Shown: one piece after another, positions 9,012 through 17,865 of the stretch
Position numbering within the stretch: position 1 is the first letter of the stretch
Layout: each line of letters begins with the position of its first letter
From: a virus
Reading direction: 5' to 3' (one strand)
Virus record (IMG/VR): IMGVR_UViG_3300027852_000010
Length of the DNA stretch: 45,252 bases
The notes under the pieces: generated by a model
What the model was told of the DNA's origin: nothing
Database searches by the model: none
What the model saw: the letters and a program-made list of their open reading frames with translations, nothing else
Position numbers and translations under genes: made by a program

Positions 9012-11499
9012 TATTAATCTTCTCCCAACTTAATTTTAGATTATTCGCAAGATCTTCTGAGAAATCTATATGAATACTTGTCTTTTTATTATCCTTATTT
9101 AAACTTCTTCCCATTGTTAAATCAGCAGGAATTGTAAAAGTTCTTTTATTATGAGTTGTCAGAGGTATCTCAAGACTCTCCTTAATAAGTTTCAGCATCC
9201 TGGCATGATCGTCCCATCCAGCATCTATAGGAATCTGAAAATCAATCTCATCATGAATCTGCCGCAAAAGTTCTACAGGTTTAAAGAGATCTTGATTATA
9301 ATAGATATAATTTATCCCTTTTTTATTTATAATATCTCCTACGGTTCCCTGTGGGATACAAGAATAAGCTTCTTTAAAAGTCTTATCAGCATTTCTTCCT
9401 GTTAAAGGACCAAGAAAAACTGTCTTCCTTCCCATTAGATTCTTAAGAATTCTAGTTGTCCTAAGACTCTTCCTAACATATGCTTGAAAAGATTGTTGAA
9501 CTCCTGGATAGAGCTTATGATAAGCATTATAAATTAGCTTACCATCCTTTTCTGGAATCTCATTTGCTAATGCAAAATTCTTATAACTCCAGTCATAGTT
9601 AAATCCGTGATTTGCTTTCTTTCCCCAGAATCTCCACTCCTGAGTCCCGTCCCCAATAGGTGCTAAATCTTCTACACTAATCTTATCTAAGTCATACCCA
9701 GCTCCATAGAAAGTCTTCATAATCATCCGGGCAGTTTTAGAATGTACATCTTCTTCAGTCTCAAAGCATCGAATCATTTCTAATATATCACCTACATAAG
9801 CTACGATTCTATTTTCGGCCTGACTAAGATCAAATGCGTAATAGATATATCCAGGATCAGGGATCAGAAAATCTTGTATATGATGAGGAAAATTCTGAAG
9901 ATTCGAACCACTTCCCCATAGATTCTTACTTGAGGAGATTCTACTATAACGAGTTCCTACAGGATTATAAGAACATCTGATACGTTTATCTTCATCTATC
10001 TTAGTTATATCAAGATAGGTAGATCTAAGCTTTGTAAGTTTTCTAATCTTCTGTATGATCTTAGCCTCTTTCCAGCCCTTACGAATTAATCTCTTCATAG
10101 CTAAATCATTATAAGTAGTCTTTCCCTTAGCTTTATAAGGAGTTATTCCCTTCTCATGAAAGAAATACTCATTGAGTTGCTTTGGACTTTTAGCATTTAG
10201 AGGTCTCCCTGCAATAGTATCAAGTTCAATCTGAGCTGCTTCTAATTGTTTTTTATGATCTTGTGCTGACTCTTCCATCTTAACAATATCAACTCTAATT
10301 CCCCGCTCCATCATATATACCAGGGGGGTTATTAAAGCTATTTGATTCTTGTAAGTATCTAGAATATTTAATTTAGTAAGCTCCTCTCGCTGTTTCGGAA
10401 AGGCTTCATCACAGATAAGGGCATCAGTTGCATTATATTTCCAGAACTTATAATACTGTCCGCCTCCAGCAAAGAATGCCTTACCATCTGCTTTGTAATA
10501 AGGATGATCTGTCCAAATAGACGTAATAAAATCTAACCCTTTAGAATAATCTGCCATAATCATCTGCTGAGCTACCATAGTATCATCTATATTAGAAGTT
10601 CTAATTCCATAAGTTCTTAGTAGGAAGTGATTATCAAATGTTAGATTCTGCCCACAGATCTTAATCTTAGGGTCTTCTAATATCTTCGCAATCAATCTCC
10701 ATATCTCAGCTTCTTGTGCTATCGTAAAATAATCTCCTTGATGATCTGCAAAAGGAATACATATTGATTGAAGGCCTACTGCAAAAGCAATACAACTTAT
10801 CTGCTTATATTCACGATTCATATATACTTCAATATCGTAACTAATTCTACTTCCTGAGAGACCTTTATTATAACAGAAATCTAAGAACCTCATTACAGTC
10901 TTAAAGTCAGGTTCAAGTTCATAAATTCTTTCTGTAGGTACTACAAGATCCTCAGTATAACTTTTTAAACGCTTCAGATCAAAGATAAGAAGCCTTCTGT
11001 TTAGATAATTATTCTTAGGAGGAATTATAGTAGCTGGATGTAATGTAGGGATAACTTTTCGACCAGGAATCAGAGTACAATCCAGTAGACTTCCTCTCCA
11101 TTTAGTTATTCCAGTTCTACCCGCCAGAATAAATAATGCGACTCCTCCTATAGCTAAGATATACTTAGTAGAAGTCTTAGATAATTCCCATTTAAGAAAC
11201 TCTATATACTCTTTCCCTCGTTCACTTATGATAGGTTCTGCTAATAGCCGAGAATTATTATAAAGCTGAATATAAGAATCCATAGGACGATCTAGATCCT
11301 TTATAATATTTGTTAGGTATATCAAAGGTCTGCTGATGTTAGCGGCTCCTAAGCAATCATCTAACTCTTTCCCAGCTTGTCCAACAAAGACTTGTCTACG
11401 TTTAACCTCTTCCCGTCCTGGCTGATCACTAACTCCTACATAAGGAGCAGTTATATTCTGAGACGGAGGAACTGTTGTATGTGATTTAGGAAGTTGCAA
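9004..11499 (-). CDS. polA: Family A DNA polymerase with 3'-5' exonuclease and an N-terminal family-4 UDG-like domain
   Basis: Pol motifs: A YYAFDLSQAENRIVAY, B RFWGKKANHGFNYDWS, C IHDEIDF. Exo motifs: SYDIEV, GQNLTFD, YNATDAL. N-terminal motifs: GVSDQPGREE...FVGQAGKELD and LHPATI. TTG start after AAAGGAGGG. Confidence 0.9.
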   Translation of the reverse strand: MQLPKSHTTVPPSQNITAPYVGVSDQPGREEVKRRQVFVGQAGKELDDCLGAANISRPLIYLTNIIKDLDRPMDSYIQLYNNSRLLAEPIISERGKEYIEFLKWELSKTSTKYILAIGGVALFILAGRTGITKWRGSLLDCTLIPGRKVIPTLHPATIIPPKNNYLNRRLLIFDLKRLKSYTEDLVVPTERIYELEPDFKTVMRFLDFCYNKGLSGSRISYDIEVYMNREYKQISCIAFAVGLQSICIPFADHQGDYFTIAQEAEIWRLIAKILEDPKIKICGQNLTFDNHFLLRTYGIRTSNIDDTMVAQQMIMADYSKGLDFITSIWTDHPYYKADGKAFFAGGGQYYKFWKYNATDALICDEAFPKQREELTKLNILDTYKNQIALITPLVYMMERGIRVDIVKMEESAQDHKKQLEAAQIELDTIAGRPLNAKSPKQLNEYFFHEKGITPYKAKGKTTYNDLAMKRLIRKGWKEAKIIQKIRKLTKLRSTYLDITKIDEDKRIRCSYNPVGTRYSRISSSKNLWGSGSNLQNFPHHIQDFLIPDPGYIYYAFDLSQAENRIVAYVGDILEMIRCFETEEDVHSKTARMIMKTFYGAGYDLDKISVEDLAPIGDGTQEWRFWGKKANHGFNYDWSYKNFALANEIPEKDGKLIYNAYHKLYPGVQQSFQAYVRKSLRTTRILKNLMGRKTVFLGPLTGRNADKTFKEAYSCIPQGTVGDIINKKGINYIYYNQDLFKPVELLRQIHDEIDFQIPIDAGWDDHARMLKLIKESLEIPLTTHNKRTFTIPADLTMGRSLNKDNKKTSIHIDFSEDLANNLKLSWEKINNV

Positions 11500-11511
11500 G
11501 TTCCCTCCTTT

Positions 11512-11534
11512 CTTTGTTTAAAATTTGAATGAAG
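11512..11534 (-). promoter_or_regulatory. 24-nt phage motif copy M1 (CTTCATTCAAATTTTAAACAAAG) upstream of the polymerase gene
   Basis: Read directly. Followed by AAAGGAGGGAAC and then the TTG start. Confidence 0.8.
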
Positions 11535-11536
11535 AA

Positions 11537-11716
11537 TTAATGTTTTAGTTCCCATTCTTCCACTTCTCTGCAATGATCTTCTAAAGCTTTTTGTTTAGCT
11601 TTAAGATATTCAGGAGATTTTACTATAAGCTTAATATAACTTTTATGAACATTTTCAGCAACTAAGATATCTGAGATACTTTCACGATTAAAATTATCTA
11701 CTTGGATAATCTTCAT
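11537..11716 (-). CDS. Hypothetical small protein (59 aa, below the ORF-track cutoff)
   Basis: Hand translation gives MKIIQVDNFNRESISDILVAENVHKSYIKLIVKSPEYLKAKQKALEDHCREVEEWELKH. SD AAGGGAATGTT is present. The ORF fills an otherwise empty 226-nt gap. Confidence 0.6.
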   Translation of the reverse strand: MKIIQVDNFNRESISDILVAENVHKSYIKLIVKSPEYLKAKQKALEDHCREVEEWELKH

Positions 11717-11725
11717 AACATTCCC

Positions 11726-13117
11726 TTAGAAATTCTTATGAATCTTAATGATATAGCTTTCAAAATACTCCTGACTAAGATCAAAGCCAATAGATACCAT
11801 GTTATTCTGAGCTGCAGCTATCATAGTATTCCCACTTCCTGCGAATGGCACAAGTACATTAGCCCCAGGAGCTGCAAATACATTCAGAATATCTTTTAAA
11901 AGAGCTACTGGGCGTTCAGTTGGATGTACTTTAGATTGAGCAGGGACAGGTTTATAGTTAAATACATTCACAGTTCCCCGTCGATTTAATTCAGGTACGC
12001 CTTTTCTGGCAAGAAAGAACATTTCATATCCCTTTCCGAGATCTCTATGAGGTTGCATAGTTTGCCCAGATATATTGGTAACTCCATCTTCAGTAACTTC
12101 TCCTTTTGCCCAGATTGCAGGCATTCTTTTATTTTTAAATCCTGCATTTATGAGAGTATTATGAACAGTCTCAAACCACGGATCAGGCCCGAACCAGCAG
12201 ACTAACCAACAGTTAGGTTTAAGGACTCTAAAACATTCAGTAAGTAAGTCTCTGAGAAAAGTAGGGTACTCATTCTTATCTACTTCATTATAACCAGTAT
12301 AAGAATAATCCTTCTTCTGATCTTCAAGATCTATTCCATACGGAGGGTCAATCTCAATAAAATCCATAGTAGAGTCTCCGATCTTCTTAACTCCCTTAAA
12401 AAAATCTTCTACATGATAAGATCCTATAAGTTTAGATTTCTTACTCTCCCCATCTCCCATAGTTTTCTTAAATTGTTTTGCATCATTTTTCTGTTGAATA
12501 ACTTTTTTAACGTGCTTAATAGCTTTCTGGGCATCATTTTTAGTTTTAAATTTACTCCAATCTATATCAGGTGTATTCTTCATCATCTTTGCAAGACTGA
12601 TATCTCCTGAAAGAGATCCTTTAGATTTCCCTGTCATATTTGAGAGATCTTGTAAAGACCAACCTGGAGCATCTTTTGCAGTAGATGTCTTAACCCCATG
12701 AATCTGCTGTTGGAGATCTTGAATATGCTCTTTAAGATTGCACTCTTCCTGCCAAGTAAAATCCTTTCGGTATAAATTCTCTGCAAATTCTAAGACTCTC
12801 ATTTGAAGTTCAGGAAGTTTTTCAGGATAATATCTACAGGAGATAACTTCTGACTGTTTTTTCTGATCACAGAGATGCTTAAGAGCAGCATATCGTCTAC
12901 CACCTGCAACAAGTTTATAAGGAAGCTCTGCGGAATCTAAGTTCTTCTGAACTGCCAGAGGCTGAATCAGGCCATCTTTATTAATTGATGCTGCAAGGGC
13001 TTCTAAGTTTCCAAGATCTTCTCTAAATCTTTTACCTACTTCTATCTGAGATAATTTTATATCTATTAATTCTATCTGACTAATCTTAGTATTCAGATTA
13101 ATTTTACTTCTCTCCAT
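11726..13117 (-). CDS. ParB-like nuclease domain fused to a beta-class N4/N6 DNA methyltransferase
   Basis: Motifs read: LIQPLAV...LVAGGRRYAAL (ParB N-terminal box), IEIDPPYGI (motif IV), VLKPNCWLV and VLVPFAGSGNT (motif I). Confidence 0.85.
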   Translation of the reverse strand: MERSKINLNTKISQIELIDIKLSQIEVGKRFREDLGNLEALAASINKDGLIQPLAVQKNLDSAELPYKLVAGGRRYAALKHLCDQKKQSEVISCRYYPEKLPELQMRVLEFAENLYRKDFTWQEECNLKEHIQDLQQQIHGVKTSTAKDAPGWSLQDLSNMTGKSKGSLSGDISLAKMMKNTPDIDWSKFKTKNDAQKAIKHVKKVIQQKNDAKQFKKTMGDGESKKSKLIGSYHVEDFFKGVKKIGDSTMDFIEIDPPYGIDLEDQKKDYSYTGYNEVDKNEYPTFLRDLLTECFRVLKPNCWLVCWFGPDPWFETVHNTLINAGFKNKRMPAIWAKGEVTEDGVTNISGQTMQPHRDLGKGYEMFFLARKGVPELNRRGTVNVFNYKPVPAQSKVHPTERPVALLKDILNVFAAPGANVLVPFAGSGNTMIAAAQNNMVSIGFDLSQEYFESYIIKIHKNF

Positions 13118-13370
13118 TCTTTTTCCCCTTTATCTTTAAAAGCTTCTGTAGTAGAGCTTGTTTTTCAATTGCACTTAGTTGTGTTAAGTCAGGTTTTATA
13201 GTTAGTTTCTTCTGTTTAGATTTCTTTCCCTTTAGCTTTGGCTTTTTCTGAGAAACTTTTACTTTTACTTTTTTGAATTGTCTTCTGAGGTTTCTGATAT
13301 TTCTAATATGTTCTCTGAGTTCCTCGTCTGAGAATTCAGATATACTTTTATATAAAGATCCTATATCCAT
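13104..13370 (-). CDS. Hypothetical Lys-rich basic protein (88 aa)
   Basis: SD GAGGATTAGCA lies before the ATG. The ORF overlaps the downstream gene start. Confidence 0.65.
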   Translation of the reverse strand: MDIGSLYKSISEFSDEELREHIRNIRNLRRQFKKVKVKVSQKKPKLKGKKSKQKKLTIKPDLTQLSAIEKQALLQKLLKIKGKKNGEK

Positions 13371-13372
13371 TG

Positions 13373-13576
13373 CTAATCCTCTGAGGCAAAATAATCATTT
13401 AGGTTAATTCTTTGAGATATTATATAAGATAAAGATTGCGTTCCATGATTCTTTGTCATATCTATAATCATATCGGTTAAGGCACTATAAATCTGTTGTC
13501 TCCAACCGAAAGGGAGTTTAGTCAAGAAATCTGACTGCTCTTGAGTGAGATCTATAGATAACCTTAACCGCTTCAT
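13373..13576 (-). CDS. Hypothetical protein (67 aa)
   Basis: Motif M2 supplies AAAGGA 9 nt before ATG 13576. Confidence 0.7.
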   Translation of the reverse strand: MKRLRLSIDLTQEQSDFLTKLPFGWRQQIYSALTDMIIDMTKNHGTQSLSYIISQRINLNDYFASED

Positions 13577-13585
13577 ATGATTTAT

Positions 13586-13609
13586 CCTTTGTTTAAAATT
13601 TGAATGAAG
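13586..13609 (-). promoter_or_regulatory. 24-nt phage motif copy M2 (CTTCATTCAAATTTTAAACAAAGG)
   Basis: Read directly. Confidence 0.8.
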
Positions 13610-13611
13610 AT

Positions 13612-14043
13612 CTAACGACCTGTAACAAATCTCTTAATACGATTCTGTTCCCCAAAATCTGGGTCATCCTGAATAGTTAGAAGAGCATCCGTTGTCTTCC
13701 CAATGAGATCTTCATAATCAATTCGTTGAGTGTAGTCAACTCCCAGAGCTTCAAAAAATTCTCGCAATTTCCAAAGGGTCGCATTCTTCTCTTTTTTATC
13801 CATATCTGAATGTAGAAGTGGAAGATAATGAGATATACTCTTAGCAAAATCCGCTTCCTTACATTCAATGATTTCAAATATAGGCATGATATAAGGATTT
13901 CCGCTGGAATTCTGACGAGTAACTTCACCGGAATCAGTAGTTAACCAATCTACCAACTTTAAAGTATACTCTCCATCATCAACTGCTTTTGGTTCTACTG
14001 CGTCTTCCAATCTTTCGTCTGTTAAATCAAGAAATGAACTCAT
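13612..14043 (-). CDS. Hypothetical acidic protein (143 aa), possible accessory or ssDNA-binding partner of the adjacent ATPase
   Basis: SD TAGGAGATTACT is present. The position next to the Sak4-like ATPase is the only functional hint. Confidence 0.7.
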   Translation of the reverse strand: MSSFLDLTDERLEDAVEPKAVDDGEYTLKLVDWLTTDSGEVTRQNSSGNPYIMPIFEIIECKEADFAKSISHYLPLLHSDMDKKEKNATLWKLREFFEALGVDYTQRIDYEDLIGKTTDALLTIQDDPDFGEQNRIKRFVTGR

Positions 14044-14055
14044 AGTAATCTCCTA

Positions 14056-14904
14056 TTAATTTTTAAGTTTAGTTTCTGTTTCTGTTTCAAGTTTATGGAT
14101 CAGTGGCTTATCAGAAGTCTCTAATCCTACCTTTTTCATAATCTTCTTTATATCTGGTTCTTCTATCTTATCTAATTTCCCTCCGCTTCCAAGTCTTGTG
14201 CCTACTTGAATACCGTAGACTGGTTTAACTAATAGTTCACGAGTCTCCGCTTTAAAATCTTTCATACGAAGATAATAAATTTCACTGAAAAGCGCCGGAA
14301 CTCTTTCCCGAAGTTTTCCAGTAATCATTATTCCAAGATCTCCTGTTGCATTTCCTTCCCTATCCTTAGGTTGGTCGCTATGTCCTAGTAAAATACAGTT
14401 ACAAGGAAGGGATAGAAACTTCCTCATATAATTCTCAATAAAAGCCATTTGAGGTAGCCAATCTTGTTCTCTTGGAGCTTCCCCTGGATTACGGTCTTTC
14501 TTCTTAAGAGCCGCTCTGCGAATAACTTCATACATTATAACTTGCGCCCAGGTAGTCATACTATCAATAGCAAAGGTTCCTATATGATCAAAGAAGTTCT
14601 TTTGATAGAGATAGTTAAAGGAGTCCTCCCAAAGTCTACAAGATTTAGGTTTAAATGGATCTTCAGATTCGTACTGAGTATCGGCCAGAACTTCCCCTGT
14701 GGCTATCATATCCTTAAGAACATCTGTTCCACCTGGATCAAAAGAGTGTACAAGGATAGGTTTCGGACAGGTTTTGAGGAGAGACGTCTTACCTACCTTT
14801 ATAGGTCCGTGAATTATAGCATTAAAAGTAGCATTACGAGGATCTTCCTCATACATTCTTCTTATCTTTTCTGCTTCTTTTTTAATTCTAAGTAAAGAAC
14901 TCAT
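14056..14904 (-). CDS. Sak4-like / AAA_24-type RecA-fold ATPase (recombination-associated)
   Basis: Walker A AIIHGPIKVGKTSLL, and ILLGHSD downstream. TAATG overlap with the upstream gene. C-terminal ETETET tail. Confidence 0.7.
   Translation of the reverse strand: MSSLLRIKKEAEKIRRMYEEDPRNATFNAIIHGPIKVGKTSLLKTCPKPILVHSFDPGGTDVLKDMIATGEVLADTQYESEDPFKPKSCRLWEDSFNYLYQKNFFDHIGTFAIDSMTTWAQVIMYEVIRRAALKKKDRNPGEAPREQDWLPQMAFIENYMRKFLSLPCNCILLGHSDQPKDREGNATGDLGIMITGKLRERVPALFSEIYYLRMKDFKAETRELLVKPVYGIQVGTRLGSGGKLDKIEEPDIKKIMKKVGLETSDKPLIHKLETETETKLKN
14072..14088. repeat. (GTTTCT)2.8 microsatellite
   Basis: Read directly. Encodes ETETET at the C-terminus of the ATPase. Confidence 0.9.
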
Positions 14905-15116
14905 TAAACCTCCTTAAAGTCTCTGATAATCTTTTCAAATAACTCTTGTACTTGATTCTTTCCCCAAATAATTTTAACTGATAATCGTTGAGAAAAAACT
15001 CTATGAAAATATTCCAAGAATAGCTTAAGTTCCGTAGGAGTTTCTGTTGTCTCAGTTGTCTCAGTTGTCTTAGTTGTCTTAGTTGTTTCTGTTTCTATAT
15101 TCATAATCATCTCCAT
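14904..15116 (-). CDS. Hypothetical protein with an N-terminal Thr/Glu repeat (start possibly ATG 15104)
   Basis: The upstream sequence ATGGAGATGATTATG places GGAGA 6 nt before the third ATG. The repeat reads TETTKTTKTTETTETTET. Confidence 0.65.
   Translation of the reverse strand: MEMIMNIETETTKTTKTTETTETTETPTELKLFLEYFHRVFSQRLSVKIIWGKNQVQELFEKIIRDFKEV
15040..15096. repeat. Compound tandem repeat: GTTTCT units flanking four 9-mers GTTGTCTYA
   Basis: Read directly. Confidence 0.9.
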
Positions 15117-15119
15117 CTA

Positions 15120-15347
15120 TTAATTATTTAAAAGTCCTATTTTTCCTGACCATCCTAAAAAAGTAAAGCCTCTACAAATCCAGTATTTATCATATTCTGC
15201 AATACTTTCTGGTAAGTTATTTTTAATATATTTAAAATAGTAAGTATCAAACCAAGATACAAAGTCTTCTGATTCATATGATTTTAGATAATTAGTATAC
15301 CAATCTTTGCCTACTTTTGACTCAGTTTTTTCTACACTCATAATCAT
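15120..15347 (-). CDS. Hypothetical protein (75 aa; start possibly ATG 15341)
   Basis: The GGAG of motif M3 abuts the first ATG and lies 6 nt from the second. Confidence 0.65.
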   Translation of the reverse strand: MIMSVEKTESKVGKDWYTNYLKSYESEDFVSWFDTYYFKYIKNNLPESIAEYDKYWICRGFTFLGWSGKIGLLNN

Positions 15348-15349
15348 CT

Positions 15350-15370
15350 CCGTTCAAATTTTGAATGAAG
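15350..15370 (-). promoter_or_regulatory. Phage motif copy M3 (CTTCATTCAAAATTTGAACGG), the variant whose core is closest to a perfect palindrome
   Basis: Read directly. Confidence 0.75.
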
Positions 15371-16372
15371 TTATAAGGATAACTCTACCTTAACAGGTTC
15401 CTCTAAAGGATTCCAGAAATCTATCGCAAATCCGATTGGAGGAGTTTCTGCATGTTGGAGAGGATTCGCCCATGAACGACAGAAATCATGATACTGACAG
15501 CCAAACCAGTTCGAACAACCTGTGGTATTCATAGGAAAAGATTGCATTATAGGTTTAGAGTCAGATTCTTCTGTGAGACTTTGAAGATTCAGATCTATCA
15601 TATCCAGCCACATTATAGCATTATTCAGCCACTGATTCATGATATCCTTATTATGATAAATAGGAACTTCCATATAGTCGAAGTGGCGAAAGGGATCTTT
15701 AGCATCAGTCTTTGGATTATCTTTTGTCTTTTTAAAGAAAGTTCCATCGATGATAACTCCCCTGACGTCTTCCGGCTGATAAAGACAATTCAGGACATGA
15801 TTATAAGTTCCAATTTGCATACTGAGATAGAATTGAAGTGTCCAGTTCCATGTATTAGATCCTGTCTTATGTTCCAGAGAGCTAATTCCATGACGATTCT
15901 TTATAACAGTATCCATCTTAAAACTGATCATGTGCGTCTCTGTCAAATTTACAGTTCCACCAATCTCTACCATAGGCTTATCTCCATGATAGACAAGTTC
16001 ATAATCTTGCATGAATTTCTCCCGCATTGTAGCATAATATGCGAGGGCAAGATAAGCTCTTGCAGGAGTCTTCGGCGTATATATCTCATCATCATCAGGA
16101 TCAATAAATGCCCGATAATATGGGAGAAAGTGGTTATAGAAGGCTTCTTTAATGGTAATCTTATTAAATCCATTTATATAAAGATAAGCTAAGGCCTCAT
16201 GCCAGGCAGATCCAAAGATTAGATGAATATTCGGGCGATCTAAGCGCCAACCGAGAGCATATTCAAAAAAATATTTCCTTGGACACTCCATAAAGCACTT
16301 TACTTTTGTAGAATCCTGGATATTCCACGTAGGGTGAGTTAGGATAGGATACCAAGCGTTAAGATCTATCAT
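15371..16372 (-). CDS. PD-(D/E)XK nuclease, Cas4/RecB-like exonuclease with a Cys cluster
   Basis: Motifs read: GSAWHEAL, MDTV...LEHKTG (D...ExK) and QIGTYNHVL (QxxxY). Cysteines: CFMECPRKY at the N-terminus and CSNWFGCQYHDFC at the C-terminus. Confidence 0.75.
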   Translation of the reverse strand: MIDLNAWYPILTHPTWNIQDSTKVKCFMECPRKYFFEYALGWRLDRPNIHLIFGSAWHEALAYLYINGFNKITIKEAFYNHFLPYYRAFIDPDDDEIYTPKTPARAYLALAYYATMREKFMQDYELVYHGDKPMVEIGGTVNLTETHMISFKMDTVIKNRHGISSLEHKTGSNTWNWTLQFYLSMQIGTYNHVLNCLYQPEDVRGVIIDGTFFKKTKDNPKTDAKDPFRHFDYMEVPIYHNKDIMNQWLNNAIMWLDMIDLNLQSLTEESDSKPIMQSFPMNTTGCSNWFGCQYHDFCRSWANPLQHAETPPIGFAIDFWNPLEEPVKVELSL

Positions 16373-16556
16373 AATCTCCTCCTAAGTTTATTAAAAGTTT
16401 GAAATCTCTTTCAAGATCCATTCTGATCTTTTTAATATCCTTAAAAGCTTTTATTATAAGGTTTTCTATAAACTCATACTTTATAAGATCCTTCTGAATA
16501 CGTTTTTTACAAAGTTCTATTTGATTATTTAATTCTTTTATATCCTTAGCCCCCAT
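16359..16556 (-). CDS. Hypothetical protein (65 aa)
   Basis: SD AGGAGACTGAAATT is present. The ORF overlaps the nuclease gene start. Confidence 0.65.
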   Translation of the reverse strand: MGAKDIKELNNQIELCKKRIQKDLIKYEFIENLIIKAFKDIKKIRMDLERDFKLLINLGGDYDRS

Positions 16557-16560
16557 AATT

Positions 16561-16890
16561 TCAGTCTCCTATTATCACTCTTTCGAGATATTTCTTTTTA
16601 TTATTTTTCTCAGTAAAGAGTAAAAGATTAAGTCTTTTATGCTTATTAGTTAATATAAACGCTGCTACCAGACAATGCATAGATAAACCTGATACAAGTA
16701 GATAATCATCTGGAGTACTTTTTGATAACACAGGCCAGAAGATTCTGTATGCTTGACTGGTAGAAAATTTTTGAAGATTATTTTTTGAGAGAAATACTAA
16801 ATCTCCAAAATCCTCTGCCGCAGAAAAATCATGAGTAGATTTATTTACTACATAAACTTTAGGTCTTTTAATCTGTGACAGTTTAATCAC
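16561..16890 (-). CDS. Hypothetical protein (about 109 aa; start codon uncertain)
   Basis: The track's GTG start directly abuts AAGGAGG. A CTG 9 nt downstream is also possible. Confidence 0.6.
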   Translation of the reverse strand: MIKLSQIKRPKVYVVNKSTHDFSAAEDFGDLVFLSKNNLQKFSTSQAYRIFWPVLSKSTPDDYLLVSGLSMHCLVAAFILTNKHKRLNLLLFTEKNNKKKYLERVIIGD

Positions 16891-16899
16891 CTCCTTTAT

Positions 16900-17256
16900 T
16901 TAGATATTTTTAAAAAGTTTTCGTTTCTTAAATTCAGCTTGCTTACCAGGATTCCAATCTGAGACTGGTCGAAGAAATCCTACTACTCTGGAATATACTG
17001 CACATGGTTGATAGTCTTGCAGAGTATTATTCTTTTCATAGCAAGATTCACATTTTAAAAAAAGTTTACGATCCTTTTCAGTTATTCCTATTTGAGGGCT
17101 AAATAATGCCCCTCCAGTAATAACTATCTTACCATCTTCTTCTATATCAGCATCAATACATACAGAGGATTTACAGTCATGACAGGTACCTTCAAATCTG
17201 ATTTTACTTGATTTTGCTTCCTTAAAGTATTCTTGCAATTCCTGTAATTTCATCAC
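16900..17256 (-). CDS. Stand-alone NrdD C-terminal-like glycyl-radical domain protein (118 aa)
   Basis: CHDC...CESC Cys pairs are followed by YSRVVGFLRPVSDWNPGKQAEFKKRK. This matches the class III RNR C-terminal signature R-x-x-G-[YF]-x...WN-x-GK-x-x-E. Confidence 0.7.
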   Translation of the reverse strand: MMKLQELQEYFKEAKSSKIRFEGTCHDCKSSVCIDADIEEDGKIVITGGALFSPQIGITEKDRKLFLKCESCYEKNNTLQDYQPCAVYSRVVGFLRPVSDWNPGKQAEFKKRKLFKNI

Positions 17257-17278
17257 TTTCCTTTTTGTTCATCTTTGT

Positions 17279-17464
17279 TTATACTTCTATTAATTCAATA
17301 ATTTTAGTACCATCTTTAAATCCAATAAACTCCCTCCCAAAGTGTAAATTACCATCTTGACGTTTAAAGCACTTATGATTTGGATGATATTCATGAATTA
17401 AAGTAAACGTGTTACCTGTCCTTTCCTTATATGTTTTAGATACTTTTAATTGATCTTCTCGCAT
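17279..17464 (-). CDS. Hypothetical protein (61 aa)
   Basis: SD AAAAAGGAAAATAA lies before the ATG. Confidence 0.65.
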   Translation of the reverse strand: MREDQLKVSKTYKERTGNTFTLIHEYHPNHKCFKRQDGNLHFGREFIGFKDGTKIIELIEV

Positions 17465-17515
17465 TTATTTTCCTTTTTGCTATTAAGCCATAACATATCA
17501 GATATATCTATCTGG

Positions 17516-17809
17516 TTATACAATCTTATTACCATGTCTATAAGGCCTAGTTTTATTAAAAGCATGTTTCTTTAATATTTCTGTCTCAAGATCAAATGCA
17601 TATCCCGCTGCCGCATCAAGTACTCTAATTGCTATGTCAGCCATCTCCTCTTTAAAGTTCTCATGATCATTATTTCTATATGCCTCTAATGCTTCTGAAA
17701 CTTCGGAATGTATAAGGCAAAGTATCTCCGGTACAGGTCTTTCTGTCTCCCACCATCCATGATCTTTTGAATTTTTATGAATCTCTTGTTGTAGTTCTGA
17801 TATATTCAT
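17516..17809 (-). CDS. MazG-like nucleoside triphosphate pyrophosphohydrolase (all-alpha NTP-PPase)
   Basis: Motifs read: EVSEALEAYR and EEMADIAIRVLD, the E-x-x-E and E-E-x-x-D acidic helices typical of MazG. Confidence 0.7.
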   Translation of the reverse strand: MNISELQQEIHKNSKDHGWWETERPVPEILCLIHSEVSEALEAYRNNDHENFKEEMADIAIRVLDAAAGYAFDLETEILKKHAFNKTRPYRHGNKIV

Positions 17810-17841
17810 ATTTATTTTCCTTTCGTTTAGTTTCCCGGTAT

Positions 17842-17864
17842 CTTTGTTTAAATTTTGAATGAAG
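17842..17864 (-). promoter_or_regulatory. Phage motif copy M4 (CTTCATTCAAAATTTAAACAAAG), 32 nt upstream of ATG 17809, which has its own separate SD
   Basis: Read directly. Confidence 0.8.
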
Positions 17865-17865
17865 G

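Noticed and set aside
11726-13117. ParB domain as evidence for a plasmid-prophage partition system or lysogeny
   Set aside because: The ParB-like domain is fused to a DNA methyltransferase, which is a common lytic-phage arrangement. I found no ParA, integrase, CI-like repressor/Cro pair or attP.
15488-16192. Long antisense shadow ORFs inside real genes (e.g. 15488-16192, 14464-14895, 13677-13928, 29124-29726, 32140-32423, 35338-35712, 36040-36315)
   Set aside because: They lie opposite genes that have clear motifs or SD sites. Their translations are low-complexity and Cys/Ile/Leu/Ser-rich, and none has an SD.
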